A DNA stretch of 58,306 nucleotides from Flavobacteriaceae bacterium (GTDB taxonomy: Bacteria; Bacteroidota; Bacteroidia; Flavobacteriales; Flavobacteriaceae), in the NCBI GenBank assembly GCA_965661025.1, contig CBFICG010000001.1, positions 1 to 58,306 of the forward strand, in the 5' to 3' direction. The position numbers were made by a program, and so were the translations under genes. This document shows, one piece after another, positions 38,212 to 47,606 of the stretch (positions within the stretch are counted from its first letter, which is position 1; each line of letters begins with the position of its first letter). Under the pieces are notes generated by a model, which saw only the letters and a list, made by a program, of their open reading frames with translations, was not told the origin of the DNA and searched no databases.

Positions 38212-38780
38212 GAGTTTAGAAAATTAAGCACCAATCCCTGGACTTTGTTTTTAGCGGTTTCTAGATCGTCGTTGAGGACAATATGGTCAAAGTCGGCAGC
38301 ACGCTCTAGCTCGGTTTGGGCTTTGGCAAGGCGCATGGCAATTTTTTCTTCCGTATCGGTTTGGCGAAGGCGAAGGCGCTCCGCTAACGCTTCAAGGCTT
38401 GGGGTCTTTATAAAAATAGCAAGGGCATTTTCAGGATACAATTTTTTGATGTTTATTCCACCCTCCACATCAATATCAAACAACACATTTTTTCCAGATG
38501 CCCAAATACGCTCAAGCTCCGATTTTAAGGTGCCATAATACATGCCCGGATAAACCTCCTCGTATTCCGCAAAATCACCTGCCTCAATTTTGGCTTTAAA
38601 CTCTTTTTCAGACAAAAAATAATAGTCTTTGCCGTGTTGTTCATTACCACGAGGTAGTCTAGTCGTGGCAGAAATAGAAAACGATAATTTAAATTCTTGT
38701 TGATCCAGCAAGTGTTTTGCTAAAGTGGTTTTACCACTCCCCGATGGTGCAGAAAAAACGATACATTTTCCTTGTTGCAT
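38208..38780 (-). CDS. gmk: Guanylate kinase
   Basis: P-loop SAPSGSGKTTL and the ATTRLPRGNE motif. Confidence 0.95.
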   Translation of the reverse strand: MQQGKCIVFSAPSGSGKTTLAKHLLDQQEFKLSFSISATTRLPRGNEQHGKDYYFLSEKEFKAKIEAGDFAEYEEVYPGMYYGTLKSELERIWASGKNVLFDIDVEGGINIKKLYPENALAIFIKTPSLEALAERLRLRQTDTEEKIAMRLAKAQTELERAADFDHIVLNDDLETAKNKVQGLVLNFLNS

Positions 38781-39643
38781 TACAGTACATTTAGGACTTG
38801 TTCTTTGATGCGTTCAAGCGCATCTTTCATCATTACCACGCGTTTTTGCAATCCTGCATCGTTGGCCTTTGAGCCTATGGTGTTTATTTCACGTCCCAAT
38901 TCTTGCGCAATAAATCCTAATTTTTTGCCTTTAGTTGGTACGTCTTCGGCTAAGGTAGCGTGAAAGTATTCCAAATGGTGTTGCAACCGCACCAATTCTT
39001 CGTTGATGTCCCATTTTTCAAGGTAATATACCAGCTCTTGCTCCAAGCGTTCTTGGTCGTATTCTACGGCGATTTGTTGTAAGTTATCCTCCAATTTCTG
39101 ACGGCGTTCCTCTATTCTTAAGAGTGCCTCTTCGGCAATATGTTTTAGTTGGATATCGATTTGACCTAACTGTGCGTTGAGGTCTTGCGCCAACGATATT
39201 CCTTCTTGCTGGCGGTAAGCAACTAATTTTGTGGCGGCATCGGTAAGCGTATTCAAAAAAACTTCTTGCTCTTCTTCCGAAAGTTCATCGTTTGTAGACG
39301 CCAATACATTTGGAAGGCGCATGGCCAAAGGCAATAGCGTGTCGTCTGATAATGATGATTGCATGCCCTTTAACTGCTTCAGATAGTTTTTTACTACAGC
39401 GGTATTTAGCTGTGCTGCTTCTTGTGCATCTACCCATTCTTCAAAAACGTTGACTTCCAATTTTCCACGATGCAACTGCGATGCTAATTCTTTTCTTGCC
39501 AAAAGTTCCAATCCACGATATTTAGAGGGCACCCGAAAATTAAGGTCTAACGATTTGCTGTTTAGCGATTTGATTTCAATGCGTAGCTTTTTGCCTTGAG
39601 TGTTGTGCTCCGCCTTACCGTAGCCTGTCATGGAAAATATCAT
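38780..39643 (-). CDS. yicC: YicC family stress-induced protein
   Basis: MIFSMTGYGKAE N-terminus and a C-terminal EINTIGSKAND motif. The TAATG stop-start overlaps gmk. Confidence 0.85.
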   Translation of the reverse strand: MIFSMTGYGKAEHNTQGKKLRIEIKSLNSKSLDLNFRVPSKYRGLELLARKELASQLHRGKLEVNVFEEWVDAQEAAQLNTAVVKNYLKQLKGMQSSLSDDTLLPLAMRLPNVLASTNDELSEEEQEVFLNTLTDAATKLVAYRQQEGISLAQDLNAQLGQIDIQLKHIAEEALLRIEERRQKLEDNLQQIAVEYDQERLEQELVYYLEKWDINEELVRLQHHLEYFHATLAEDVPTKGKKLGFIAQELGREINTIGSKANDAGLQKRVVMMKDALERIKEQVLNVL

Positions 39644-39700
39644 ATCGCGTTGTTAAAGTACAAAGGTACAAAAGTAGTGGGGAGTGTTTTATGTGCTTCT

Positions 39701-40546
39701 TTATTGCCAAATCGCTTGCTGCTTGTCTCCCCAAAAGTATTCCACCAACTCTGGGTGGTCGATAAAAGGATTTCGGTTCTGTTGAAACTGATAAATCGTA
39801 TTGTTTCTATGACGCTCAAAATCATCTACTGGGTCTTGCTCATGCCACTCCAATAAGGTTCGTTTAACGCCATGATAAGGGTCTTTACTTTGCCACGGTT
39901 GGGTGTTGTCAAGCAATTCTAAATCACGCTCACCAGCTGTGTCGCCTTCGTAACGAACAGCCATATAAAACAGTATGCGCGCCACATCACCTTTATCATC
40001 GTCTCTGGGTTCAAAAATGCCGTGGTCGTTTACCTCTTTGTATTTGTTTCCAAACGTAGTTTCACAATCCGCCATACAAGCATCAAAACTGTGATTGGAA
40101 CGGTCTGAATTGACTTGGATATTACTTGCTCTAAGGTTATGTACATCGGTCCCCATTCCTGTGGCATTGCCAAAATCGCCGCGTGATCTTGCCCAGACGT
40201 GCTCTCTATTCCAGCCAGAACCGTTGTTATATTCTTGTGCGCCGTTTACCGATTCTTGCGTGTAAATTAACAACACATTACTTGAATTATTTGGGTCTTT
40301 ATCTGATTGGATTAAAATATCCCACGTGTCTGTATTTGAAGAACTGTATGGAAATTCTTTATGGTCGTCTATAATTTCGTGAATTAAGGCTTTGAGTTTT
40401 TCTCCAGATGCGTTTCGTGCTGGTGAATAATACGCCTCAATGCTCAACCCTGGCCCACCGTAGTTTGGCTTTGTAGGTCCTTCGGAAGTTTGCTCTGCAA
40501 CACCTTCTGGTGTGCAGCTTAAAAGCAACACTAAAATGAGAAGCAT
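39701..40546 (-). CDS. Endonuclease I family extracellular nuclease, lipoprotein
   Basis: WNREHVWARSRG, NLRASN and FEPRDDDKGDVARILFYM motifs of Endonuclease_1. The lipobox LLLSC follows ATG 40546, whereas the ORF-track start at 40594 is a TTG. Confidence 0.8.
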   Translation of the reverse strand: MLLILVLLLSCTPEGVAEQTSEGPTKPNYGGPGLSIEAYYSPARNASGEKLKALIHEIIDDHKEFPYSSSNTDTWDILIQSDKDPNNSSNVLLIYTQESVNGAQEYNNGSGWNREHVWARSRGDFGNATGMGTDVHNLRASNIQVNSDRSNHSFDACMADCETTFGNKYKEVNDHGIFEPRDDDKGDVARILFYMAVRYEGDTAGERDLELLDNTQPWQSKDPYHGVKRTLLEWHEQDPVDDFERHRNNTIYQFQQNRNPFIDHPELVEYFWGDKQQAIWQ

Positions 40547-40635
40547 AAAATAATGGTTATTCACTAAGTCCGATTTATAATTTTCATTGGGCAATTTACA
40601 ATCTTTAAAAGTTGCTTTTTAGGCTTAACCAAAAA

Positions 40636-40983
40636 TTAATCCTCACACCAAGCGCCCAAAAGTGTTGCATCAGCAGCATTGTTTAGAGTAAGCACAAAAT
40701 CACTCCCGTTATAGGTTTTACTTACAATCCCTTTAATGGTTCCCGCGCCTGTGGGTAAGGGCAAATCTTTAAATAGGGCAAAGGCACTTGTCTCTAACAA
40801 AAATGTAGTTGTCGAATTGTCCTCACAGGCTTCCAGGGTACGTTGGGTATCGTAATAATCTTTAGGGTCAACATAGGGCTTGCCCTGCTCTGAGGGGGTA
40901 ACTCGGACATTTCCCACAATAGCGTTTTGTGCCCATATATAGCCAGAAAATAACACGGCAAAAAGTAGGTTTCTCGCGTTCAT
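40636..40983 (-). CDS. Small secreted hypothetical protein (signal peptide, 2 Cys), co-oriented upstream of endonuclease I
   Basis: MNARNLLFAVLFSGYIWAQ signal peptide with a ~95-aa beta-rich mature part. The gap to the nuclease gene (from its ORF-track TTG start at 40594) is 41 nt. No family is recognised. Confidence 0.5.
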   Translation of the reverse strand: MNARNLLFAVLFSGYIWAQNAIVGNVRVTPSEQGKPYVDPKDYYDTQRTLEACEDNSTTTFLLETSAFALFKDLPLPTGAGTIKGIVSKTYNGSDFVLTLNNAADATLLGAWCED

Positions 40984-41036
40984 GATTTGGATATTATTGT
41001 TTTAAATTTAGCATAAATTTTTTAACTGCTTTTGTT

Positions 41037-42086
41037 TTGAACAGGACATTCCCTTTTTGGTTGCTTTTACTTTTTGTTACGTCAATTAGTTTTGGGCAAA
41101 GCAACAAAAACTACGAGGTTATAACAGTGGCCTTTTACAATGTTGAAAATCTATTTGATACGGTTAATGACCCTAAAACCCGTGATGACGACCGCACACC
41201 GGAAGGTCGTGACCGATGGACAGAAGATATTTATGCCAAAAAAGTGAAAAATACTGCAAAAGTATTGGCAGAAATAGGACGCGATACCACCAACCAACCG
41301 CCTGTAGTAATTGGACTGTGCGAAGTTGAAAACAGGCAAGTGATTGTAGATGTATTAAACGACCCATTGCTCAAGCCCTTTAACTATGGCATAGTGCATG
41401 TCGATTCACCTGACGAACGCGGCATTGACGTGGCACTTATCTATCAAAAAAAACACTTTTTACCCATCGCTTTTGAAAATCATGAGTTGCAGATTTATGA
41501 AAAAGATGGCACACGTGACTACACCCGAGACCAACTATTGGTGTATGGCATGCTGGCAAAAGAACCCATATACTTTATGGTTCATCACTGGCCTTCACGC
41601 AGTGGCGGACAAAAGCGCAGTGAGCCATTTCGCATAAACGCTGCCAAGCTTAACAAAAAACTGGTAGATTCCATTTTACATAAAAATCCTAAAGCAAAAA
41701 TTATAAATATGGGCGACTTTAACGACGATCCTGTAAACATAAGTTTAGCCAAAGTACTACAGGCTACTGACATAAAAAGACATGTGTTTAAAAACAAGGT
41801 GCTTTACAACCCCATGATAGAATTTTATGCAAAAGGAATAGGAACAGCATGTTACCGAGATAATTGGAATGTATTGGATCAAATTCATGTTTCCGGAGGA
41901 TTGCTCAAATCCAAAAGAAACAACTGGCAATTTTGGAAAGCCGGGATTTACAACAAGCCCTACTTGATAAATAAAGAAGGCCGCTATAAAGGCTATCCAT
42001 TTCGAAGTTTTGCGGGCGGGCGTTTTTTGGGTGGCTATAGTGACCATTTTGCGGTGTATTCCTATTTCATTCGAGAGGTGCAATAA
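41037..42086 (+). CDS. Secreted endonuclease/exonuclease/phosphatase (EEP) family protein
   Basis: Signal peptide, then VAFYNVENLFD, GLCEVEN, GDFNDDP and SDHFAV catalytic motifs of the EEP fold. Confidence 0.8.
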   Translation: MNRTFPFWLLLLFVTSISFGQSNKNYEVITVAFYNVENLFDTVNDPKTRDDDRTPEGRDRWTEDIYAKKVKNTAKVLAEIGRDTTNQPPVVIGLCEVENRQVIVDVLNDPLLKPFNYGIVHVDSPDERGIDVALIYQKKHFLPIAFENHELQIYEKDGTRDYTRDQLLVYGMLAKEPIYFMVHHWPSRSGGQKRSEPFRINAAKLNKKLVDSILHKNPKAKIINMGDFNDDPVNISLAKVLQATDIKRHVFKNKVLYNPMIEFYAKGIGTACYRDNWNVLDQIHVSGGLLKSKRNNWQFWKAGIYNKPYLINKEGRYKGYPFRSFAGGRFLGGYSDHFAVYSYFIREVQ

Positions 42087-42113
42087 TTTCTTCCCTAAGT
42101 GCCAAACAAGCCT

Positions 42114-42623
42114 TTAGCTAAAAAGTGCTTTTAGCTCCGTTGCCTTGTCTGGCGTAAGTTTTCCCGCCAGAATCAAACTAAGTTGTCTGCGGCGCAGGGC
42201 GCCGTCAAAGCGTTTTTGTTCCAATTCTGTTTCGGGAATTACAGCAGGTACTTCTACAGGAGTGCCTGCTTTGCTCACAGCAACAAACGTATAAATCGCC
42301 TCGTTCACCTTTTCTCGAGAAGTACCATCATGCACCTCTATCCATACGTCAATAAATACCTCCATAGAAGTCCCAAACGCACGGGATACTTTTGCTTCAA
42401 GGGTAAGTACACTCCCAAGTGGTACGGGCTTTCTAAAGTGTACATGATTAACAGAGGCAGTAACTACAATTTGCTTCGAATGACGCTGGGCAGCAATACA
42501 GGCAGCGCGGTCCATTCGTGCTAGCAGTTCGCCGCCAAAAAGGTTATTTATTGGGTTCGTATCAGAAGGTAGTACCAAGTCGGTCATGACCGTCTTGGAT
42601 TCTTTTGGGTGCTTTGGTTTCAT
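42114..42623 (-). CDS. Acyl-CoA thioesterase (hotdog fold, YciA/BFIT-like)
   Basis: LVLPSDTNPINNLFGGELLARMDRAA motif; 169 aa. Confidence 0.8.
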   Translation of the reverse strand: MKPKHPKESKTVMTDLVLPSDTNPINNLFGGELLARMDRAACIAAQRHSKQIVVTASVNHVHFRKPVPLGSVLTLEAKVSRAFGTSMEVFIDVWIEVHDGTSREKVNEAIYTFVAVSKAGTPVEVPAVIPETELEQKRFDGALRRRQLSLILAGKLTPDKATELKALFS

Positions 42624-42627
42624 GGGA

Positions 42628-43542
42628 TTATTTTTTCAATACCCACGCATCTGGGTACTTATTGCGCTTAATGTCTGCCATGGCGTTATACGCTTCCCGT
42701 TTTGTGGGGAAAGAGGCAAAGGAAACTTGAAAAAAGCCTTGTGACGTTTGTGCTAATTTTTTTGCACCGTAATAGCCTTTTCGTTGTAAAGTTGAAGCTA
42801 ATCGTTGTGCATTTGCTTCACTTCTAAATGAGCCTGCAATAACATGAAAACCTGCAACTTGCTCTTCTTTGGGTAATTCGATTTTTAAGGTCGGTAATTC
42901 ACCTAAATCATAAACCGAAAGAGCTGCTTGCTCGCGTGCCACTTTACGCAGTGATTGCTCGGTTTGCCATTGTGCGTCGGCTTGTTGATTTAAATAGCTG
43001 TTAGAACCAACAGCAAACAACGCTAAAACGCTTGCCGCTACAAGAGCATATCCAACCACACGCCTTGATTTTGTTTGCTCAAGTTCAAAGTAAACAGGCG
43101 GTTTGGTAGGTTGATCTACAATGGTTCTAGAAATCGGTTGAGCAGCAACACTGGGAAGTGCATAACTTGCTGCCAAAAAGTTTAATCCGCTTTCGGGTGT
43201 AAAAACCATTTTTCCTTCGCTATTTAGCGTAAACACCCCCAATGTTGGAACGTTCAAGGTCCCCTTTTGTACAGCCTCTTTCCAAGCAATAATTTGCTGG
43301 TGCATGTCCATTCCCGCACGCTCATAGCTTAACCCATAAGATTTGGCCAAATGCGATGCCAAAATACCATCATTTGATTGTAATTGCTCGTTAAAGGACA
43401 GCTCCTTTACTGGAGGAAAATAACGTTGCTTCTCTGCATCGTAGTACGCAGCTTTTTGCTCTACTAAAAATGCCCCAAAACCGGGTACAGTAACACAATC
43501 GTGTCGAAACAATAGATAATGTATATGTGCTGAAAGCTCCAT
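42628..43542 (-). CDS. HU-CCDC81-like N-domain plus C-terminal SPOR domain protein
   Basis: N-terminus YLLFRHDCVTVPGFGAFL, a central TM segment, and a C-terminal SPOR-like FHVIAGSFRSEANAQRLASTLQRKGY. Confidence 0.7.
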   Translation of the reverse strand: MELSAHIHYLLFRHDCVTVPGFGAFLVEQKAAYYDAEKQRYFPPVKELSFNEQLQSNDGILASHLAKSYGLSYERAGMDMHQQIIAWKEAVQKGTLNVPTLGVFTLNSEGKMVFTPESGLNFLAASYALPSVAAQPISRTIVDQPTKPPVYFELEQTKSRRVVGYALVAASVLALFAVGSNSYLNQQADAQWQTEQSLRKVAREQAALSVYDLGELPTLKIELPKEEQVAGFHVIAGSFRSEANAQRLASTLQRKGYYGAKKLAQTSQGFFQVSFASFPTKREAYNAMADIKRNKYPDAWVLKK

Positions 43543-43611
43543 ATTACAAATGTACATTTTTTAAGGAAATCGAAAAAGTTCTGTTTTCGTATTTTTACAT
43601 ACCCTAGTCTT

Positions 43612-44705
43612 ATGAAAAAAACAGAACTAATTGCTACACTTGCACTACCAAAAATGCCTCGAATTGGGTATACTACCGCCCGAAAACTTATTCGCCATTT
43701 TGGAAATGCCTCTGCCGTTTTTGAAAATATCGTACAAGCAAGGGAATCGCAGTTTCAAGCCGTTGCCAATGTGTTTCGGGGTACAGAAAAACACCACATA
43801 ATAGCCAATGCAGAAAAAGAAGTTGCGCTTATGGAAAAACACCACATAAATTGGATTGCCTACTCCGATGTTGATTTTCCTGCTTCCCTAAACCAATGTG
43901 GTGATGCCCCACTTGTGTTGTTTTATTCTGGTCAGTCCTTTCCAAAAACCACACGAATAGTGAGCATTGTTGGAACAAGGCAACCGAGTACACACGGCAA
44001 GGCTTTTGTGTCACAATTGGTGGAAGAACTTTCCCCCTATCAGCCTATTGTAGTTTCAGGGTTTGCCTACGGTATTGATATTGAAGCACAGCTTGCTGCG
44101 CTCGACAATGGGCTAATTACTTGTCGTTGTTTTGGTCACAGTATTTTAGGGTGCTATCCAAAACAGCATGCTAATACCGAAAACGCGAAGAAGAAACAGG
44201 TGGTTTTTTATCTGAAATTTGGGTAAATGAGCCTTTTCAACGAGCACATTTTTTGCAGCGTAATCGCATTATTGCTGGTTTGGCACAAGCCACCATAATC
44301 GTTGAGTCGAGGGAAAAAGGAGGTGCAATGGCTACCGCAAAATATGCGCTGAACTATCAACGCGATGTATTTGCTACGCCTGGCAGGCCAAACGACGCTA
44401 CTGCGAATGGTTGTTTGGAACTTATCAAAACCCGACAAGCCGAATGCATTACATGCGGTGAAGACGTTGCTCCGGCTTTGGGGTGGAAACAGCAACACAA
44501 ACCAACTCTACAACCAACTCTTTTTATTGAGCTCAATAAAAAGGAAAAATGGGTGTTAAGCCATATGAGCAGTATACCAAAACACATTGATCTTATTGCC
44601 CTGGATACTAAACTAAGAGTAAGTGAAATAGCAAGTATATTGTTTCAATTGGAAATGAAAGGAGCCGTGGTGGCACAAGCGGGAAAACAGTTTAAAACGA
44701 TGTAG
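43612..44705 (+). pseudogene. dprA: DNA-processing protein DprA split by a frameshift (ORFs 43612..44226 and 44253..44705)
   Basis: ORF1 carries IVGTRQPSTHG...VSGFAYGIDIEAQLAAL. The downstream frame, open from 44175, reads GGFLSEIWVNEPFQRAHFLQRNRIIAGLAQATIIVESREKGGAMATAKYAL...RDVFATPG, the conserved DprA core. The shift must lie within 44175..44198. Confidence 0.8.
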
Positions 44706-45675
44706 TTGAAAACCCCATGTTGTTACGCACACGCTGCAACACTTCTTGTGCAACCATTCGTGCTTTTATAGCACCTTTTTGAAGTTGGCGCTCAAGTATT
44801 TCGGGTTGTTTCATGTAGGTCTCAAATTGTTCTCTGGGTGAAGCAAAGCGTTCCAAAATAGCTTCAAACAATGCTTGCTTAGCATGGCCATACCCAAAAC
44901 CTCCGGCTTCATAATTAGTACGCATTGCGGCAATATCACTACTGCTGGCAATAAGCGAGTACAACGAAAATACCGTACAGCTCGCTGGGTTTTTGGGGGC
45001 TTCTAGTGGGGTGCTATCTGTTGCAATTGACATCACTTGCTTGAGTAATTTTTTTTCTGGCAAAAAAATGTCAATCGTATTGTCTTTGGATTTACTCATT
45101 TTGGTACCGTCTGTTCCCAATACATACTGCGTATCGGTTTGGAGTTTTGCTTCTGGAAGTACAAAAGTATCGCCATAATTGGCGTGAAAACGGCTGGCTA
45201 CATCACGGGCCATTTCTATATGTTGCAATTGATCTTTTCCAACTGGAACCCAATGGGCATCATACAGCAAAATATCTGCTGCCATAAGCATGGGATACGT
45301 AAACAATCCAGCATTTATATCTTCTAATCGGTCTGCTTTGTCTTTAAAAGAGTGTGCTAGCGACAATCGGCTAAATGGAAAGCTACAATTTAAGTACCAC
45401 GCCAATTCGGTTACTTCAGGCACGTCGGACTGACGGTAAAAACACGCTTTTTCGGGGTCTAACCCGCAAGCTAACCACGCTGCTGCCGTGGCTTGCGTAT
45501 TGGCTCTAAGTTGTTTGGCGTCTTTGATTTGCGTAAGAGAATGCATATCGGCAATAAACAAAAACGCTTCTTCACTACTCTGTTTTGCCATGTCAATTGC
45601 AGGAAGTATTGCGCCCAATAAATTGCCCAAATGCGGCGTGCCTGTACTTTGAATTCCCGTTAAGATGCGTGCCAT
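44692..45675 (-). CDS. trpS: Tryptophan--tRNA ligase
   Basis: GIQSTGTPHLGNLLGA (HIGH region) and KMSKS. Start at MARILTG (ATG 45675). Confidence 0.95.
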   Translation of the reverse strand: MARILTGIQSTGTPHLGNLLGAILPAIDMAKQSSEEAFLFIADMHSLTQIKDAKQLRANTQATAAAWLACGLDPEKACFYRQSDVPEVTELAWYLNCSFPFSRLSLAHSFKDKADRLEDINAGLFTYPMLMAADILLYDAHWVPVGKDQLQHIEMARDVASRFHANYGDTFVLPEAKLQTDTQYVLGTDGTKMSKSKDNTIDIFLPEKKLLKQVMSIATDSTPLEAPKNPASCTVFSLYSLIASSSDIAAMRTNYEAGGFGYGHAKQALFEAILERFASPREQFETYMKQPEILERQLQKGAIKARMVAQEVLQRVRNNMGFSTTSF

Positions 45676-45721
45676 AGAAATTGTATCTGCACAAAAATAA
45701 CGGATTTCACGTATCAATCGC

Positions 45722-45729
45722 TATTTTTG
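45722..45729 (+). promoter_or_regulatory. TATTTTTG -7-like box in the trpS/acyltransferase divergent spacer
   Basis: Matches TAnnTTTG but ends only 6 nt before ATG 45735, so its relation to the true start is uncertain. Confidence 0.25.
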
Positions 45730-45734
45730 ACCCT

Positions 45735-46490
45735 ATGGTTTACCTCCGCAAGTTGCTATTAGGCCTTTGGAACATTTGGTTTTATATTTTATCAGGAGTT
45801 GGTTTAGCACTTTTCTTTCCATTTTTACTGTTGTGCCTGACTAGAGAAAAATGGTATTCCGGTATTTTTTATGCTGGCCGCTATTTTTGGTCACCGCTTA
45901 TTCTGTTTGGCATGGGGTTTATTCCTGTTATAAAGCACAACGTCAAGTTAGACTACAACAAACAGTATATGTTTGTGGCAAATCATTTAAGTATGATTGA
46001 CATTATGATGACGTTTATGACCATTCGCAAACCGGCTGTTTTTGTGGGAAAAATGGAATTGGACCGCATTCCGCTATTTGCAACAATCTATAAACGTGGC
46101 GCGATTTTAGTCAATCGCGATAGTGCTGCAAGTAGAAAAAATGTGTACGTACAAGCAAAGCGCAAGTTAGCGTTGGGGTTTAATATGATGATTTACCCCG
46201 AAGGATTGGTGCCTGAACCCGATGTGTTTCTAGCGCCTTTTAAGAATGGTGCGTTTAGTATTGCTATTGAACATCAAATCCCCATAGTTCCCATTACACT
46301 ACCAGATTGTAAAAAACGTTTTCCGTTTCAATTCTCGTATAAGTATTGGGTTGGAAAGCCCGGTATTGTTCGTGCCAACGTTCATGCCCCTATCAGCACC
46401 AAAGGGCTAACCCAAAAAGATATGCCTGCACTTAAGGAGAAGGTACATCAATTTATGAGCGAAATGCTCAAAAAAGAAGGATATCAATAG
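45735..46490 (+). CDS. Lysophospholipid (PlsC-family) acyltransferase
   Basis: NHLSMIDI (HX4D) and YPEGLVP motifs. The start is uncertain because the longest ORF begins at 45681. Confidence 0.7.
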   Translation: MVYLRKLLLGLWNIWFYILSGVGLALFFPFLLLCLTREKWYSGIFYAGRYFWSPLILFGMGFIPVIKHNVKLDYNKQYMFVANHLSMIDIMMTFMTIRKPAVFVGKMELDRIPLFATIYKRGAILVNRDSAASRKNVYVQAKRKLALGFNMMIYPEGLVPEPDVFLAPFKNGAFSIAIEHQIPIVPITLPDCKKRFPFQFSYKYWVGKPGIVRANVHAPISTKGLTQKDMPALKEKVHQFMSEMLKKEGYQ

Positions 46491-46493
46491 CAG

Positions 46494-47498
46494 CTATTCT
46501 GCCGATGCAATAATGTCTTTAATTTTGGCTTCTATTTCCTCGGCAAGTTCTGGGTTGTCGTCCAAAAGTGTTTTTACGGCATCTCTGCCTTGTCCCAATT
46601 TGGTGTCGCCGTAGCTAAACCACGAACCGCTTTTTTTAATAATTTCAGCCTCAACGCCAATATCTAACAATTCGCCAATACGCGAAATTCCTTTGCCGTA
46701 CATGATATCAAACTCTACTGTTTTAAATGGCGGTGCTACTTTGTTTTTTACAACTTTCACACGGGTTTTATTGCCCAACACAGCTCCGTTTGTGTCTTTG
46801 ATTTGTGTTGATCGCCTAATGTCTAAACGCACCGAAGCGTAAAATTTTAGTGCGTTTCCGCCCGTAGTGGTTTCAGGGTTCCCAAACATGACGCCAATTT
46901 TTTCACGTAACTGGTTGATAAAAATTACCGTGCAATTTGTTTTGCTAATCGATGCGGTGAGTTTACGTAAGGCTTGCGACATCAATCGGGCGTGTAATCC
47001 CATTTTGGAGTCGCCCATTTCGCCTTCAATTTCACTTTTTGGTGTAAGTGCCGCAACCGAATCTACTACCACAATGTCCACTGCGCCTGAACGAATAAGA
47101 TTATCAGCAATTTCTAATGCTTGTTCACCATGATCGGGTTGTGAAATGATAAGATCATCAATTTCCACGCCCAAACTTTTGGCATAGTAGCGGTCAAACG
47201 CATGTTCTGCGTCAATAAATGCAGCAATGCCTCCTGCTTTTTGACACTCTGCAATGGCATGTAATGTTAGCGTTGTTTTCCCCGAGGACTCTGGGCCATA
47301 AATTTCAACAACTCTTCCACGAGGATACCCTCCAACACCCAAAGCTACATCTAAACCTAAAGAACCAGAAGAGATGACCTCAACCTGTTCGATGACATTA
47401 TCGCCCATTTTCATGACAGCCCCTTTACCATAGGCCTTGTCCAATTTATCTAAGGTTAACTGAAGTGCTTTTAGTTTTGCATTTTTTTCGTTACTCAT
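46494..47498 (-). CDS. recA: Recombinase RecA
   Basis: Walker [11 protein letters not shown], an FIDAEHAFD motif, and L1/L2 loop regions; 334 aa. Confidence 0.97.
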   Translation of the reverse strand: MSNEKNAKLKALQLTLDKLDKAYGKGAVMKMGDNVIEQVEVISSGSLGLDVALGVGGYPRGRVVEIYGPESSGKTTLTLHAIAECQKAGGIAAFIDAEHAFDRYYAKSLGVEIDDLIISQPDHGEQALEIADNLIRSGAVDIVVVDSVAALTPKSEIEGEMGDSKMGLHARLMSQALRKLTASISKTNCTVIFINQLREKIGVMFGNPETTTGGNALKFYASVRLDIRRSTQIKDTNGAVLGNKTRVKVVKNKVAPPFKTVEFDIMYGKGISRIGELLDIGVEAEIIKKSGSWFSYGDTKLGQGRDAVKTLLDDNPELAEEIEAKIKDIIASAE

Positions 47499-47573
47499 AC
47501 TTCTTTTTTTAGCGTCCTGCTAAAGTACAATTTTTCTATTGCTCTGCCTTTTTTGTGCACGTTTTTAATTTGA

Positions 47574-47581
47574 TACCTTTG
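47574..47581 (+). promoter_or_regulatory. Candidate -7 box TACCTTTG for the trhO-gldH-PBP1A operon
   Basis: Matches TAnnTTTG, 25 nt upstream of ATG 47607. Confidence 0.35.
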
Positions 47582-47606
47582 CGGGGTAATCTTAATCCTG
47601 TATAGC

